From Zootoca vivipara (lineage: Eukaryota): DNA of 64,000 bases. Positions 13,701 to 26,538 of the stretch are shown in pieces. Each line of letters begins with the position of its first letter. Position 1 is the first letter of the stretch. Location of the stretch: contig NC_083290.1 of assembly GCF_963506605.1 (NCBI RefSeq), forward strand, positions 15,748,001 to 15,812,000. Direction: 5' to 3'. Below the pieces are notes generated by a model, which worked only from the letters and a program-made list of their open reading frames with translations, searched no databases and was not told the origin of the DNA. A program made the translations under genes and the position numbers.

Positions 13701-16610
13701 ATTTCATGGTCCACAAGACCTTCTTGGCAGATGATGCTGGCTCAAATTCTGTATCAGAAAGGCCTGAGCGACTGGGTGACAGTTTGCAGCATTCCTCTGA
13801 CTTTAGAAGTGGGCTCATGGTAGAGCTATGGTTCTTTTTTCTTTTTACAAACTTTATGTAAAATCTTTAGAAGTGGGTTCGTGGTAGAGCTATGGTTCTT
13901 TTTTCTTTTTACAAACTTTATGTGCCATCTACTCAATAGAAAGCCTCTAGGTGGTTTACAGCCACTCTTTGCTGCCCACCCCCACCCAAGCACACACATT
14001 CATTTCAGTGGGGCTTGTATAGGATATCTTCCCCAGGGAATTGACCCATTTATCTTTTTCGTTTGGCCTCTGACTTCTGCTGGTGGAGAAAGGAAATTAT
14101 ATAGGCTTAAGGAAGGATAGTGACCAGTGAATAAATCAGAGGGCTTGGGTTGGAAAGGGTGCTTATAGACTAAGTGATGCATCTCAAGGGAGAAGTTGGT
14201 GGCTCCGAAAACAATATTCCCCAGATTGCCTACTGGGAGGCCCCTGGCTTGAGATCTCTCAGAACTGGTGTGGAAGGGTTGTAGCTTAGTTGAGCTTAGT
14301 TGTAGAGCATCTGCTTTGCATGCAGGATACCCCAGGTGCAATCCCTGGTATCTGCCAGCAGGGTTGGGAGATACTCCCAGGCTGAAATCCTGGAGATCTG
14401 CAACCAGTCAGTGTAAAAAGTACTGAGCTAGATGGATGAATAATCTGACTCAGTATAAGGCATGTTCCTAGGCACTGAGAGAAAGTGATAGGGCTAGCCA
14501 CTCTCATGGGGTGCTGGGAAAAGGGTGCTGGTGGCCACCAGGATTGGAAAGAAAGAGCTAGGTGAAATGACAATGGGATACAGGATTTGACCAGGAAGAT
14601 GCTGACGTTTGGGGAGTCTGTTTTGAATCTCCAGTAGGGAAGGGAGACTCTTAAACATGCCACTTTTCGTTTCAGTTCATCTGTGGCGGTATGAGGGAGG
14701 TTATCCAGCTCTTACAGAGGTCATGAGTAAGCTTCGACATGATAAGGTAAGTCCTAGCATAAAAGATTTGACTTCATCAGCCTGACCCTTAAAAGTCACT
14801 CTGCCTCTCAAACTTAACAGTTTATTGCAAAAAAATCTCCATTGTCAAGGACTCCCAGAGTTTGTGTATCAAACCAGGATACACTCTTTAAGTTTGGTGT
14901 CCTCCTAGTATTAAGCTCTTAATATCCGGACAGATGAAGCATAAACTAGATCATTTAAAAAATAAATGCATGTGATCTTGCCTTGTCATTGTAAGGATTT
15001 TTCATTTTATTTTTAGGGGTTTGTGGAGTTTCGCAAAGAGAGGGGAAACATGCTTCTCTCCCGCAAGAACCAGCTGCTGTTGGAGTTCAGTTTTTGGAAT
15101 GAGCCTGTTCCGAGGACAGGGCCCAATATCTATGAACTGAGGTCTTATCAACTCCGTGTGAGTGTCTTTGTATATTCATAGAATAGTCATTCCCTCTTTC
15201 CCTCCCCCTCTCTCTGTGTGTCCGTGGGTTCATGAGACCTTTAAGAGCGAGACTGCATTCACTCTCGATAACAGAGAGCACATAGCAACTCTTTTTCATT
15301 GATTTTCCTTTTTTCTTTTGGGAGTTATGCCTTTTGAACAGAAAAGGTTGCATTTACTAACAGTGCAATCCTATATGTTTTTACTGAGAAGCAAGCTTAT
15401 TGTGTATTTATCATATATATTCACTGTATATATCATATTTGTGACAGAAATGCTCCCTATCAATGTCAACAGGTGCTGGAAATGAAAATTGGGACATTGA
15501 AAAAAGTATTTGAGGGAATTCTGGTCTTAAAGTGATTAGTTGCCCCATGTCTTTTGGGCTAAGTCATCTTTTTTGTTACTGATTAGAATCCAGGTGGCGC
15601 TGTGGTTAAACCACTGAGCCTAGGGCTTGCTGATCAGAAGGTCGGCGGTTCGAATCCCTGTGACGGGGTGAGCTCCCGTTGCTTGGTCCCAACCTAGCAG
15701 TTCGAAAGCACGTCAAAATGCAAGTAGATAAATAGGAACCGCTACAGCGGGAAGGTAAACGGCGTTTCCGTGTGCTGCTCTGGTTTGCCAGAAGCGGCTT
15801 TGTCATGCTGGCCACATGACCTGGAAGCTATACGCCGGCTCCCTCGGCCAATAATGCGAGATGAGCGCGCAACCCCAGAGTCGGTCACGACTGGACCTAA
15901 TGGTCAGGGGTCCCTTTACCTTTACCTTAGAATCCAAAAAACCTTTCGGGAGACAGGAGAGAAAGCCCACATCTACTTCCCAGTTACAACGGGGGAGGGA
16001 ATGGAGGGTATCATTCTCTTAGAGTCACCTGCTCTGTATTTCTTTTTCCCCCCCAGCCTGGAACAATGATTGAATGGGGCAACTACTGGTAAGTGTCCCT
16101 TGCTATGCTGGGCTCCTCTCAACTCCAAATACCATTCTGAGAGATTGACAAATGGGCAGCTCTGTCCATCACTTGGACTTCCCATGTGCCTTAATTACAG
16201 ATGAAAGTGTGCTCTGGATTCTTTTCTTTCTTCCTTTGCAGTAGCAGTTTGGATTCATGCCACATCTGCAAAGGAAGATATTTCCTTTGCAGCCCAGCTT
16301 GAATTCAAGGTGTCACCTGCAGAAGAGAAAATTGTGGCAGAGCAGAGTGGGGTGGAAGAGGTGAGGCTGCAGGCCAGATAAAAAGATACACTAGCTAGGC
16401 ACAGCTCATGGCCCAGACAGAGGCTCACCATCAGAGCTGTAGGATATTGCATTTGTTACATGATATCCACCCAGCACTATGTGTACAAATGTACATCAAA
16501 ACAATAGTTGCCCCTTTTTGTTTCCTGTGTGGTGAGCCTGCCTTCCTAGCAATAAAAACATTCTTGCCAGTTATTCAAGTCCACTTTCAGTCATCACACT
16601 TACCTCTTCC

Positions 16611-16658
<48 letters not shown>

Positions 16659-19278
16659 GCAGCACATGTGCCTTCATACAGTTTAACAATAATTCTGTGC
16701 CTTTTTAAAAAAGGCACAATCTGGTTGTTGTTTTTAAGTTTTTCAAATCACTGGGGATGAGGGGTGAAGTGGGTTCATGGTGTCACAGCAGACATCCAGT
16801 TGGCACGGTGTGCAGCTGACTTCTTCTGAAAACCTGCAAAACTCATTTTTCCTGGAGCTCGACCCTGGAGAGGAACAGGCAGTAGGGACTGTTGTTGTAA
16901 TACCATAGCCAGTCAGAGGACTGTTTTTCATAGTAGATGGGCATGTTGATGCACTGGAACTCCAGTTTAGGGTAATGTCCTCCTGTTCAGCAATCTTGCC
17001 CGTTGTTTGATTAACTGGGTTTGCTGACACAAACGGACGGTGAACACCCTATGCATGGGAAAACAAAATTTCAGAGTTGCACTCTGGAGAAATAGAGGAA
17101 TAAATGGTGGGGTGGGCAGAGGATATGCCTCCCAATGAGCATGACTGATAATATAATCTCTGATAAGTTCCTTTCAGACAGTGGTGGCCATTAGTCAAGT
17201 TTTATTTACCATCTAATGGAGAATTCACCAGAAATTTTGACTGATGATAATTAATTGAGTCTGCATCTGCTGAGAGAGATCAAGTTGCAGCAAAGCCTGC
17301 TGGAAACATAAAGCATAGCAATGTCTGACTCCCTATCTCTGGAAACAGAAGACGTGGCCATTGTCCACATCTGTCTCTATCTTTAGGTGAAATGCACAGG
17401 ACCCTTGATAGGTGGAAAACAGTAATAAAGAGAAACTAACCAGTCTTTATGTTGGCAAAGGTGGAAAGTAGTGCCTGATACTTCTACAGCACCTAAAGGG
17501 TCTCATTTAAATGCCTGCTACTTCGTCTCAAATTTTGTTTTAAGATTATCACCAGATGCAGACACATTGCATTACTGTCATAATTTCTTTCTGTTACTTT
17601 GTTTACCATCTAGCCTGATAAAGAGTTTTAGGGAAACTCAAAAGCTTGTGATATTTTTTGTGATATTATTATTGGCCTAAACTTTGAATGTCCTTTTCAC
17701 ATTTTCCCTGTGGGCCAACGTGGGCTATCTTTACTCTTTGTGTTATATCAGATGCTGTAATATTAAGAATTCATGCAGGCTTCTAGCCCTCTGAAATATT
17801 TCTCTAGCTCTGAATACCAAGGGGGTTATGTTATTATAATGTTGTGCAGCGATAGAATTAGTAGCTCCTTGCTGCATTCTTTCTAGTACTGTTCCATCTA
17901 ATAGTTACCTTTGTAATTGTCTCAGCCCCAGCACTCATGTCTTGTTGTTGAAATACATATATATTCTACCTTCCAGGGCTCGTGCTATTGGTTTCCGGCA
18001 GGATGACAAAGAAGCTGTTGGTGGCTTTTTCTCGCAGATTGGGCAGCTGTACATGGTTCATCACCTTTGGGGTAGGTCGTCCTAGACCTGAGAAATCTGG
18101 GGAAGGACTGTAGCTCTGTGGCAGAGCACCTGTTTTGTATGCAAAAGATCTCAGGTTCAGTCCCTAGCAGCTCCAGGTAGGGAAGGTGAAATCTCCCTGC
18201 CTAAAACCCTGGAGAGGAACTGCCAGTCAGTGTTGACAATATTAAGCATAAGTGGACCACTGATCTAACTTGGATTAAGACAGCTTCCTATCTCCCTTTA
18301 AATCTGCTCTCCATTCCGACAGTATTTGTTGTTTAGTCGTGTCCAGAGCACGTCAGGCACTCCTGTCTTCTTCCAACAGTATAGGACAAGCAGTTTTGTG
18401 AAACTGATATGAGCTTTGCCTCCTCATAGCAATACAGTTTCCAAGGCTTCTTAAGGCAGGGTGGATAGAGCCATGGCAGTAAATAACAGCTCAGGGTTTT
18501 AATGAGGTTTTTCCTCTGGTACTTTGTTTATGGTATGTTGCTGTATTTGAGAGAAATGTGCTGATGAACATCAAGACACTGATAGTGCCAAATTATTTTC
18601 CCTCAACACTTCCAGCGTACAAAGATCTCCAGACAAGAGAAGACATCAGGAACTCCGCATGGCACAAGCCTGGTTGGGATGAGCTGGTATACTATACAGG
18701 TAACACGGGGGTGATGATCCTCAGGCCTAAGGACCAAACACAGTCCTCAGAACTCTCCCCAGGCCACATTCCTTCCTAGTCACACACCTCACCTTTGAGT
18801 GTTTTTGCCTGGCTGGAATGTGGTCTTGACACTTGCTTGCCTGAATAGAGGGTGAAGAGGGGCATGTATATGTAGAAAGTTGCCTTCTATACAAAGATTA
18901 AACTTATATTCGTTGCTGTGCCAAGTTGGAAATGGAACCCTTTGCTTGAAAAAGTATCAACACCTTGCTGTAACAGTTTAGTACCTGTGTGGCAGTGATA
19001 GTTACCCAAAAACCTGCTAATGTGAGAGACTTGTCTTTCCTGTCCTAGGTTAATATGGCCCCATTGAGCTTCCCTTTCTCTGGGGTCCCCCAAATCCTAG
19101 AACTGGTCCTGCTTCCTAGTCTAATGCTTTGATGGCTACAAAATCCCCCCATGTTTCATTTGTAATATCTTGCATTGAAAAAAGGGCTAACACAATTCCT
19201 TTCTCCTTTCCAGTGCCCCTTATTCAGGAAATGGAATCCAGAATTATGATACCATTGCAGATTTCTCCCCTTCAGTAA
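7796..19278 (+). CDS. NIPSNAP2: NipSnap homolog 2 (GBAS), 290 aa; exons 7796-7899, 11189-11328, 11417-11462, 13093-13187, 14676-14746, 15017-15157, 16057-16088, 17977-18071, 18616-18699, 19214-19278
   Basis: Spliced translation includes [74 protein letters not shown] and [16 protein letters not shown]. All introns are GT-AG and the total is 873 nt in frame. The Arg/Leu-rich N-terminus fits a mitochondrial presequence; CpG island at exon 1. Confidence 0.97.
10066..10176. mobile_element. Old Penelope-like element terminal fragment
   Basis: Degenerate match to the 24624 element (gtagtaccttaaag, ggtataagctttt). Confidence 0.55.
10184..10330 (+). mobile_element. tRNA-derived SINE with CR1-like tail (Squam3-like)
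   Basis: tRNA-like head tagttcagttggttagagc...ggtttgatc, followed by the cattgcagggggttggac CR1-type tail. Confidence 0.7.
10410..10632 (+). mobile_element. 5'-truncated Sauria SINE
   Basis: Matches the 3' half of the 15590 copy; TSD tactcaaata at 10405-10414 and 10635-10644. Confidence 0.85.
13801..13923. repeat. Local tandem duplication of about 59 bp
   Basis: ctttagaagtggg...gtagagctatggttcttttt...acaaactttatgt occurs at 13801 and again at 13865. Confidence 0.85.
15590..15927 (+). mobile_element. Near full-length Sauria SINE
   Basis: tRNA-like A/B boxes (ggtggcgctgtggtt, ggttcgaatcc), BovB-related 3' part, (accttt)n tail, TSD ttagaatcca. Confidence 0.9.
16611..16658. repeat. (TTA)n microsatellite
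   Basis: Direct reading. Confidence 0.95.
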
Positions 19279-20352
19279 AGCCACTGATTGATCGGTGCAG
19301 ATTTACATTGACAAACATTTGTCTTTTAGTTAATTTGATATGTGTGTATGACAATGGAAACTCTGACTTCTAAAAGTACTGTATGCTGGGGCTTTATGAA
19401 TGTGACCTCATTTATTCAGATCCTGCAGGAGCACTTGGGATTGTGTTGAGGAGAGGCTTGGGAGTCATCATAAGTCTTACCATTCAACCATCTAGTCTGG
19501 CTCTCTGTGAAACAGCCTTTTTCAAACACAGCCATGCATTCAGAGAGCTGGCAGGCCCTGTTGGAAACGCACAAGCTTCAGTGGTAGTTGCACGAGCTTT
19601 AAACCCTTGAACGATGCAGTATTTAATTATGGGGCGATTTGTCACATGCACTCCTATCCATTCTTTCATAATCATTATGGCATGTCAAGCCTACAAGGCC
19701 TTCCTCTGGTGCCACAACTGTTGCTAGAGAAAGCAGCCCTTTGTTTTGGCCTAGCCAAACTTATCTTAGCAATCAGCTAAGCCATCATTTGCAAACTTGC
19801 AGCTGTTTTGAACTACAGATCCCATCAACCCCAGTAAACATGCTGGCTGAGGCTGATGGCAGTTGTAGTCCAAAACAGCTGGGAGGGCATCTGGTTGGTA
19901 AAGGGTGATAAATGGCGTTGGGATGAGCTCTAAAGAAGAGTTAGTGTCATGAACATTTGTTAAGCACTCCAGGATTATGCAGTGAAGCAGAATGTGAGGA
20001 TTTTATTATTGTTATTTAATAACCATTCATGATTTCCTCCATTTGTGTGGTTTAACCAACATAACTGCAAAAAGTAATTCTGAAAAGGTGCATCAAGATG
20101 AGGTGCATTAAATCACTTAGGACTGGCACAAATCACTTCATTTCCCATGCCCAATTCTCTGTTTTTGATTAAACTTTAAAATAGAGGGACTTGTATGTAT
20201 GTGTGTGCGTGTATGTCTGTAACATTGTGAACATCCTGTATGTTGAAGCAATTATTCTGTTAGCTAACAAATCAGTGCAATACACTGTATGTCCGATTAC
20301 CTAAGAAACATCCACTTTATACATTTCAGTGAGTTTTCTGGCAGAATGTGTC

Positions 20353-20358
20353 AATAAA
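20353..20358 (+). terminator. NIPSNAP2: Probable NIPSNAP2 polyadenylation signal
   Basis: AATAAA about 1.07 kb after the stop codon, followed by GT/T-rich sequence. Confidence 0.6.
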
Positions 20359-23300
20359 ATCCTATTGATTTTCGCATGTTTTTGGGAGTTTTTGGACTTG
20401 TTTCAATAATGATGAATTCTGAGTTTCTGCTGAGATGGCCTGCATGGCCACAAAGTCTACTGGGATTTTAAGGCTGCAGTCCTGTTTACCTTTACGTGGA
20501 AGAAAGTCCCATTTAAGCAGATGAGTGTGTGCAGCAATTATGAAAAAGGTGAATTCTGTTGCTAGGAATTAATTATCCAAGAGATAAAAAATTAAGACTG
20601 CCAGTATCATGATGTCATACAAATCTGCGATGAGACTACAGTTTAAATACTGTGTAAAGTTCTGGTTACCTCACCTCAAAAATAACACTTTAAGAGAGAA
20701 CTTGAAAAATCCATGGGGGATAAGTCTACCAATGGCTACTAGCCATTATGGCTGTGTTCTATCTCCAATGTATCACTAATGGGAAGAGTGCTGCCATTTC
20801 ACTCAGATTCTGTTTGCAGGCTTCCCTTCCCCTGCCTATTGAGATCAAGCAGGTGACTTCACCCTACCCTTTGGCTCCTGCTAAAAACATTCTTGTTTAT
20901 AGACAAGCCTACCTAGATGCTTAGAAAGTTTTCATTCTAATCTGTTGTAGTATTTTAACTTTCGTTTTTTTTAAAGTATGGACCTGCATTTTCCTTGATT
21001 TTATTATTTATAAACTGCTTTTAGGGTTTGTTTGTTTTTTTACAATTATGCGGTGTATGAATTTTATGAAAAAGATTAATAAGCCTTCTCGTTGGCCGCT
21101 GAGAGTAGGGTGCTAGACTACATGGAATTTTGCCCTGATCCAGCAGGGCTCTTCTTACATCCCTAACTTACTTCTTCAGAGTTGGCATGTATAGAATTGC
21201 ACAGTAAAGTTTCCAGTTAAGTGGGAATCTTCCAGTGCAAATTAAGACTCTCATTCGCTGCTCAGACACAGGAAGTTGAAGTTCCATGCTACTGTCCATA
21301 CCTGCCCTTATGGATCCAGTTTGTTCAGATCCAAATTTGACTGTCATGATGGGCCTGGGGCTGCATTGACTAATCAGCCAGCGCCATAGTGTCAGATAGC
21401 AAACGAAAGGAATTTTCCTAAACTTTTCTAATCTCTTCCCTGCCCTTCCCAAAAATGGGATCTTCACTGTCATTTTTTTCCTAACTGACCAATCAGTTTG
21501 TCTCAACAAAATAAAGACTGCTTTGAAGTTTGTATTTGCTGAAAGCCAGGTCTGTAAATACATTTTTCCTGGGAATTTTCCACCTTCAAATAAGTTAAGG
21601 CTTTGAGTTGCCTCATCTGAGGAAGCAACCCCCATGTGCAACACCTCTGAAATGTGTCCCAAGCACATTTTGTCCTGTGTTTGCTTGTTCTATTTGTCAA
21701 TTGTGGAATTTTCCCATGTGACCCCCGTGAACTTTCAAGTCTCCCTCTTCCTGAGGGATAACATCATTATCAGATCAGATATATAATGATGGTTCACAGA
21801 CCTTTTGCAGCCTTGTTTTCACATTTGCTGTTGGGAATATGGAGTCATATGTGGCCTAAGAGGGTCCCAGCATTTCAGTGGAGGCCTTGCAAGCTGTGTA
21901 GATGAAGACTGTCCATTCTCCCGCAGTGAAAATTCACTTGGTGCCATCTCCTATCTTGCAAAACCCTCCTCAAAGGCCTGAGTGTCTTGGTTTACCCTAG
22001 ATTCTCATACTCAATCCTAACCAAGCTTTTAAGTAAGTGTAAATGTTTGGTGGGGTGACCTTCCATTTGCCAGCAACTCAATAGTCACTTCAGGCACTGC
22101 ATCTCAGCAGTACTTGCCAATGTTCATCCACATCCCTCATCTTTCTCTTGGACTGTAAGCAGCTTCATGAGGAGGATGAACTGAGAAAACAAATAAGCTT
22201 CCTTAATATGTCACCAGGATGTGTGTTTGGGCATGCAAAAGAGCAGCCATGGCTGGCATCTTCACCCCATTTACTAGGAGTTCTTTCTGAGTACATATAA
22301 GAGCAAGGTCAGCAGTTTTGGGGGGCCCATGGGCCTATTTGAATTTTTTAGCAAATATGGGTACCATCATAAAATGGATGGCACGGGGCACGGGGCAGTC
22401 ACAAAGTGAATGGTATACTAACTATGGTTTGGGACTTCTCTTTGACCAGCATGTGGGTGGGATAACAACACAGGCCTATCTTGCAGGGCTGTTGTAACAA
22501 TTACTAAGATACTAAGTGTACATGAAGCACTGAGCACTTTGAACATGCTGTAAATGCTCAATGTTGTCTTAATATGTATCTATGCATGTATAATCTCCAA
22601 CCCTTGCACTGCTCATGCATCTGAAGCTGTAAGATACTGCTTACAAAAAGCTGATGCAATCCTAGAGGTGTTGCTGGAGGCTATAAAGAAAAGTGGCCAC
22701 CAGGTTTGTGTAAACGCTGATGCTGTTTTTCCTACATGGCAGGGATATGTTCACAAATGCAACATTGTGAGTTTTGGCAAATCAATTCTCAGAACAGCAG
22801 GAGGCACAAAAGCAGCAGCAGCCAAATATGCGCATGGACTTTCTTAAAAAAACAACCACCCTGTTTTAAGCTGGATGGAACTGATTAACTAAGCCTCAAA
22901 CACACACTCTGACCTGAAGCTACCTCTGGTTTTGAGGTTCCAAAGGGGTCACAATGTTCATTGGATGTGAGGGTCAAGCAGAAGAGGAAGATATGAATTG
23001 CCTTCCTGCTCTTACTGTCAGAAAGTTCCTGATGTTTAGCTGGAATCTTTTTTCTTGCAGCTTGAATCCATTGGTTCAGGCCCTACCTTTTGCAGCAGCG
23101 GAAAACAGGCTTGCTTCATCTTCCATGTGGCAGCCCTTTAAATAGTTGTAGATTGGCTATCATAAATTGGATTCAAAGTTCCAGCTGGTCCATCACCCTG
23201 TCCAGACACATTCAGCTCGGGGATCTGAGATTTTCCCACTAAGGACCTTTGAGCCTTGACCACCCTTCAGCAAAGTGCTTTCGTTCTCTCCGGAGGGCTG

Positions 23301-23589
23301 TGGCTTCTCCTTGGTGATGGAGATAATGGTGACCTCTGTGATCCAATGACCTGATTTGGTCAGGCAACTTACTAAGTTCCATTGGGGATGCATACATACC
23401 AGCAACCTAAACATATTGTGCTGGATGCTAACGCTTGAAGTGTTTTCACAGCTGGCTGGAGCAAAGCCCAGAGCCTGCTTGTGTGTTCATCATGCTCATG
23501 CTCATTTATTTGTATGCTATCTTTCCATAGTTAAAACCATGCTCAAGGTGACTTACAACACCAGGAGGGCCTAAGATATTTCCTCTTCA

Positions 23590-23921
23590 GGCATCAAGGT
23601 ATATAAATGGCATCGGCCTTGTATACCTGAAGGAGTGTCTCCACCAACATTGTTCAGCCCGGACTCGGAAGTTCAGCTCTGAGGGCCTTCTGGTTGTTCC
23701 CTCACTGTGAGAAATGAGATTACAGGGAACCAGGCAGAGGGCCTTCTCAGTAGTGGAACCCTCACATCATGTCAAGGAAATAAACTACAACCTGACTTTT
23801 ATAAGACATCTGAAGGCAGCCCTGTATAGTGAATGTTTTAATGTAATAAAACCACAGTAAGTTTTATAATTTGCTGGAAGCTGCCTGGAATTGCTAGGGC
23901 AACCCAGTCAGCTGGATGGAG

Positions 23922-23963
<42 letters not shown>
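23590..23963 (+). mobile_element. L2-type LINE 3' end with (TTA)n tail
   Basis: tacctgaaggagtgtctccacc...cagggaaccaggcagagggccttctcagtagtgg, ending in a (TTA)n run. Confidence 0.65.
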
Positions 23964-23964
<1 letters not shown>

Positions 23965-24705
23965 TGCTACGGGGCTACACTCAGGGTGGCAGTGAAGCAG
24001 GGTAGCTTGGTAACAGCTTTATTAATTAGCTTTTCTACTTGATTTCTTCTGGGACTGAGCCCCAACATTTAGAACAGGTTCTGGGGTGAGCTTTGATTGA
24101 AATTGTTAGCTAAAACTCATCTGCGGTACTTGATTGTGTGGAAACAAAAGAGCAAGAGTGAGTGAACGAGAACCTCTTTTCACATTCTCTCGAACAGAAA
24201 TCCTGGCACGTCCCAAGCTCCCTGGCTCTGGCATAATACGGCTATTGTTTGTCTTGAGCCCTTCGAGTTCAGCAAGAGACGGTTCCCTGGGAGAGTTCCC
24301 TCTCTTCCCACCCAAGTCACTGCTGCCGCCACTCTCTTTAGGAATTCTGCTGGGACCTGAAGATGTGGTTGGTCCCTAAGGAAAGCCCCTTTGCAGATTT
24401 AGGCTGCTGCTCCATATGTTTTGGTTGTGTGTGTGAGATTGTTGCTCAAATATTGTTGGTGGAGAAGAGCAAAGGGTAGAAATGCAAGAAAGGTTTGGGA
24501 GGGGATTGTAAAAAACTGAAGTTTTTTTAAAGAGTTTGTGCCTTACAGTCAGTGACCTCTCAAGCCCTTCATGGGCTGGGTTATGAACTTGCCTAGCCCA
24601 CTATTGTACACTATTGGATTACAGGTAGGTAGCCGTGTTGGTCTGAGTCAAAACAAAATTAAAAAATTCAGTAGCACCTTAAAGACCAACTAAGTTTTTA
24701 TTTTG

Positions 24706-24743
24706 GTATGAGCTTTCGTGTGCATGCACACTTCTTCAGATAC
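24706..24743 (-). ncRNA. Minimal type I hammerhead ribozyme motif (inverted copy)
   Basis: Exact reverse complement of 24911-24948. Confidence 0.7.
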
Positions 24744-24910
24744 ACTGAAACAGAAGTAACCAGACCCTTATGTATATTCAGAGGGCGGGGTGTGTGTGTG
24801 ATGGGGATGGGTGATGGGCTGATAAGAGTGGTAAACCTGTTGATGACTGTTAACGACTGTTAATGACTGCAATTGAATATATATAAGGGTCTGGTTATTT
24901 CTGTTTCAGT

Positions 24911-24948
24911 GTATCTGAAGAAGTGTGCATGCACACGAAAGCTCATAC
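24911..24948 (+). ncRNA. Minimal type I hammerhead ribozyme motif
   Basis: GUAU-CUGAAGA-A-GUGUG(CAUG)CACAC-GAAA-GC-UC^AUAC: stem I GUAU/AUAC, CUGANGA and GAAA core, stem II, palindromic AGCU stem III remnant. Confidence 0.7.
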
Positions 24949-26538
24949 CAAAATAAAAACTTAGTTGGTCTTTAAGGTGCTACTGAAAGAATTTTTTACT
25001 ATTGGATTACAATAGCTTTTTCTTCTGCCATCTGTTTTGGAAAGCTGTTTGTCTTTCTGTCAGTTCTGTATGCTTTTGGATGCCTCTTGAGATATCGCTG
25101 CCCAATTTGCACACTACCTCCTGATATGGAGGAGCTAGTTTTCATCTGTGCTTGGAAACTGCTGGATGCCATTTTGATTCAAGGTGGCAGACTGAACCAT
25201 TCCAAACTGCACTGATTTGGATATCTCTGAGGATGTAGTTGTCAAATAGTTGTTTGTGTTGAGGGGTGCATCCCCCCCAAACCATAATTGGAATATTGCT
25301 GTTCTCCACTAGAAAAGTTGGATCTTTTTATTTTTTCAAAGTTCAGCAGCGAATTACCAGATTTCCTGAGGAATAGATAGACTGTAGGGGAATCTGTACA
25401 CATCACTCTAAACTTAGATTTCTGCACTCTTCCACCCTGCTCTACCAATGGGCATTGGGCTCGTCCAATATGTGTGTGAATGAACATATATAGCTGCCTT
25501 TTATCAAGTCAGAAGAGGTCCTAGAAAGGAACTTATAATGTATGCTGTGTTTTCCCCATCCCCTAACCGAGGGGTTGTTGGGCAACATGGGGGGCCAGAT
25601 GAGGGGAAAAGAGCTCCCCATCCTGGGAGATCGTATGTTTGGGCAGTAGCACCTAGGGGTTAGAGGAGCAGGCTAGGGGATACCTAAACTTTGTGGTGAG
25701 AAACTCAGCATAGCAATCTGGGGTTATCACTTATGGAGTGAATTTGTAAGGGATCTAAACACAGGTGCTTTAGATAACTACTCCATTTTGAAAACCTGTG
25801 TTTTAACTCTGGGGATGTAACAAATTTTATTTATGTTGCTTTCAATGTGTTGGTCTAGTCTAGTATATGCATTTTTGTACATGTTACTTTGCTGGCAAAC
25901 TGCATTGCAAAATTTCAAAGGATGGCTGTGTTTTGGTACATGCATTGCTTCAGAAAGTGTGAATTTGGAATTTAAATGTAAAGAGAATCCAAATTATTTC
26001 CATTCCCTCCCATTGTGTAGCTACAGAACCAACCTTCTTGGATTAAGAGACTAGGCTTTGAGGTCTTTTCTGACAATCAAGTGGTATATATGTTTTATGA
26101 AGTAAAGTAATAAGATGGAGTTGTTCTTGGGACATTTGGGTCCCAAACATTCTGTTCTTAGAAAGAGACCATTGCTGTCATTTGTGGAAGCCCCCATAGA
26201 TACTACTGGACTCCAACTCCCATCAGCTCCAGCAGCTAGCATGGCCAATGGTCAGGGATGATGGCAACTGGTCTAGCAACACCTGGAAGGCCACAGATAA
26301 CCTCTGGTCACATCTGGACCACCCTTCCCTTCCTTTCCCTTTGCTATGAGTTTATCAAGGTGCATGGAACAGAGCCATTTGCCATCGGAACACCCAACAT
26401 GCAACAGAGGTACACTGTGTAGCCAGAAATTAAAAATCCCAAATGCCTCTGTTTGCAAACAACAATAAGAATATGTTTAATTGCATAGTTATACATCTAG
26501 CTACGATACATGTTAATAAAATAAGCCTAGTTCATAAT

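Larger units (their letters stand above)
24624..24997. mobile_element. Penelope-like element remnant with inverted terminal duplication
   Basis: About 105-bp near-perfect inverted repeat (about 24667-24771 vs about 24883-24987); 14-bp flanking direct repeat actattggattaca (24610-24623, 24998-25011); hammerhead cores in both arms. Confidence 0.8.
20362..25365 (-). pseudogene. Candidate decayed multi-exon protein-coding gene of unknown identity
   Basis: Series of AG-exon-GT blocks (25365-24547, 24375-24130, 23406-about 22924, 22842-22736, 22180-21172, 20459-20362). Several junctions are phase-compatible and translations are protein-like, but carry stops, frameshifts and TE insertions. Confidence 0.55.

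Noticed and set aside
13420-13800. LINE-like fragments here and near 16743-17040, 34980-35250 and 59520-59830
   Set aside because: They look TE-derived, but family and boundaries could not be assigned without a search.
21168-21668. 166-aa ORF from the track as a stand-alone gene
   Set aside because: Non-ATG start and no recognisable homology. A different, disabled frame is the one that fits the downstream terminal exon of the candidate pseudogene.
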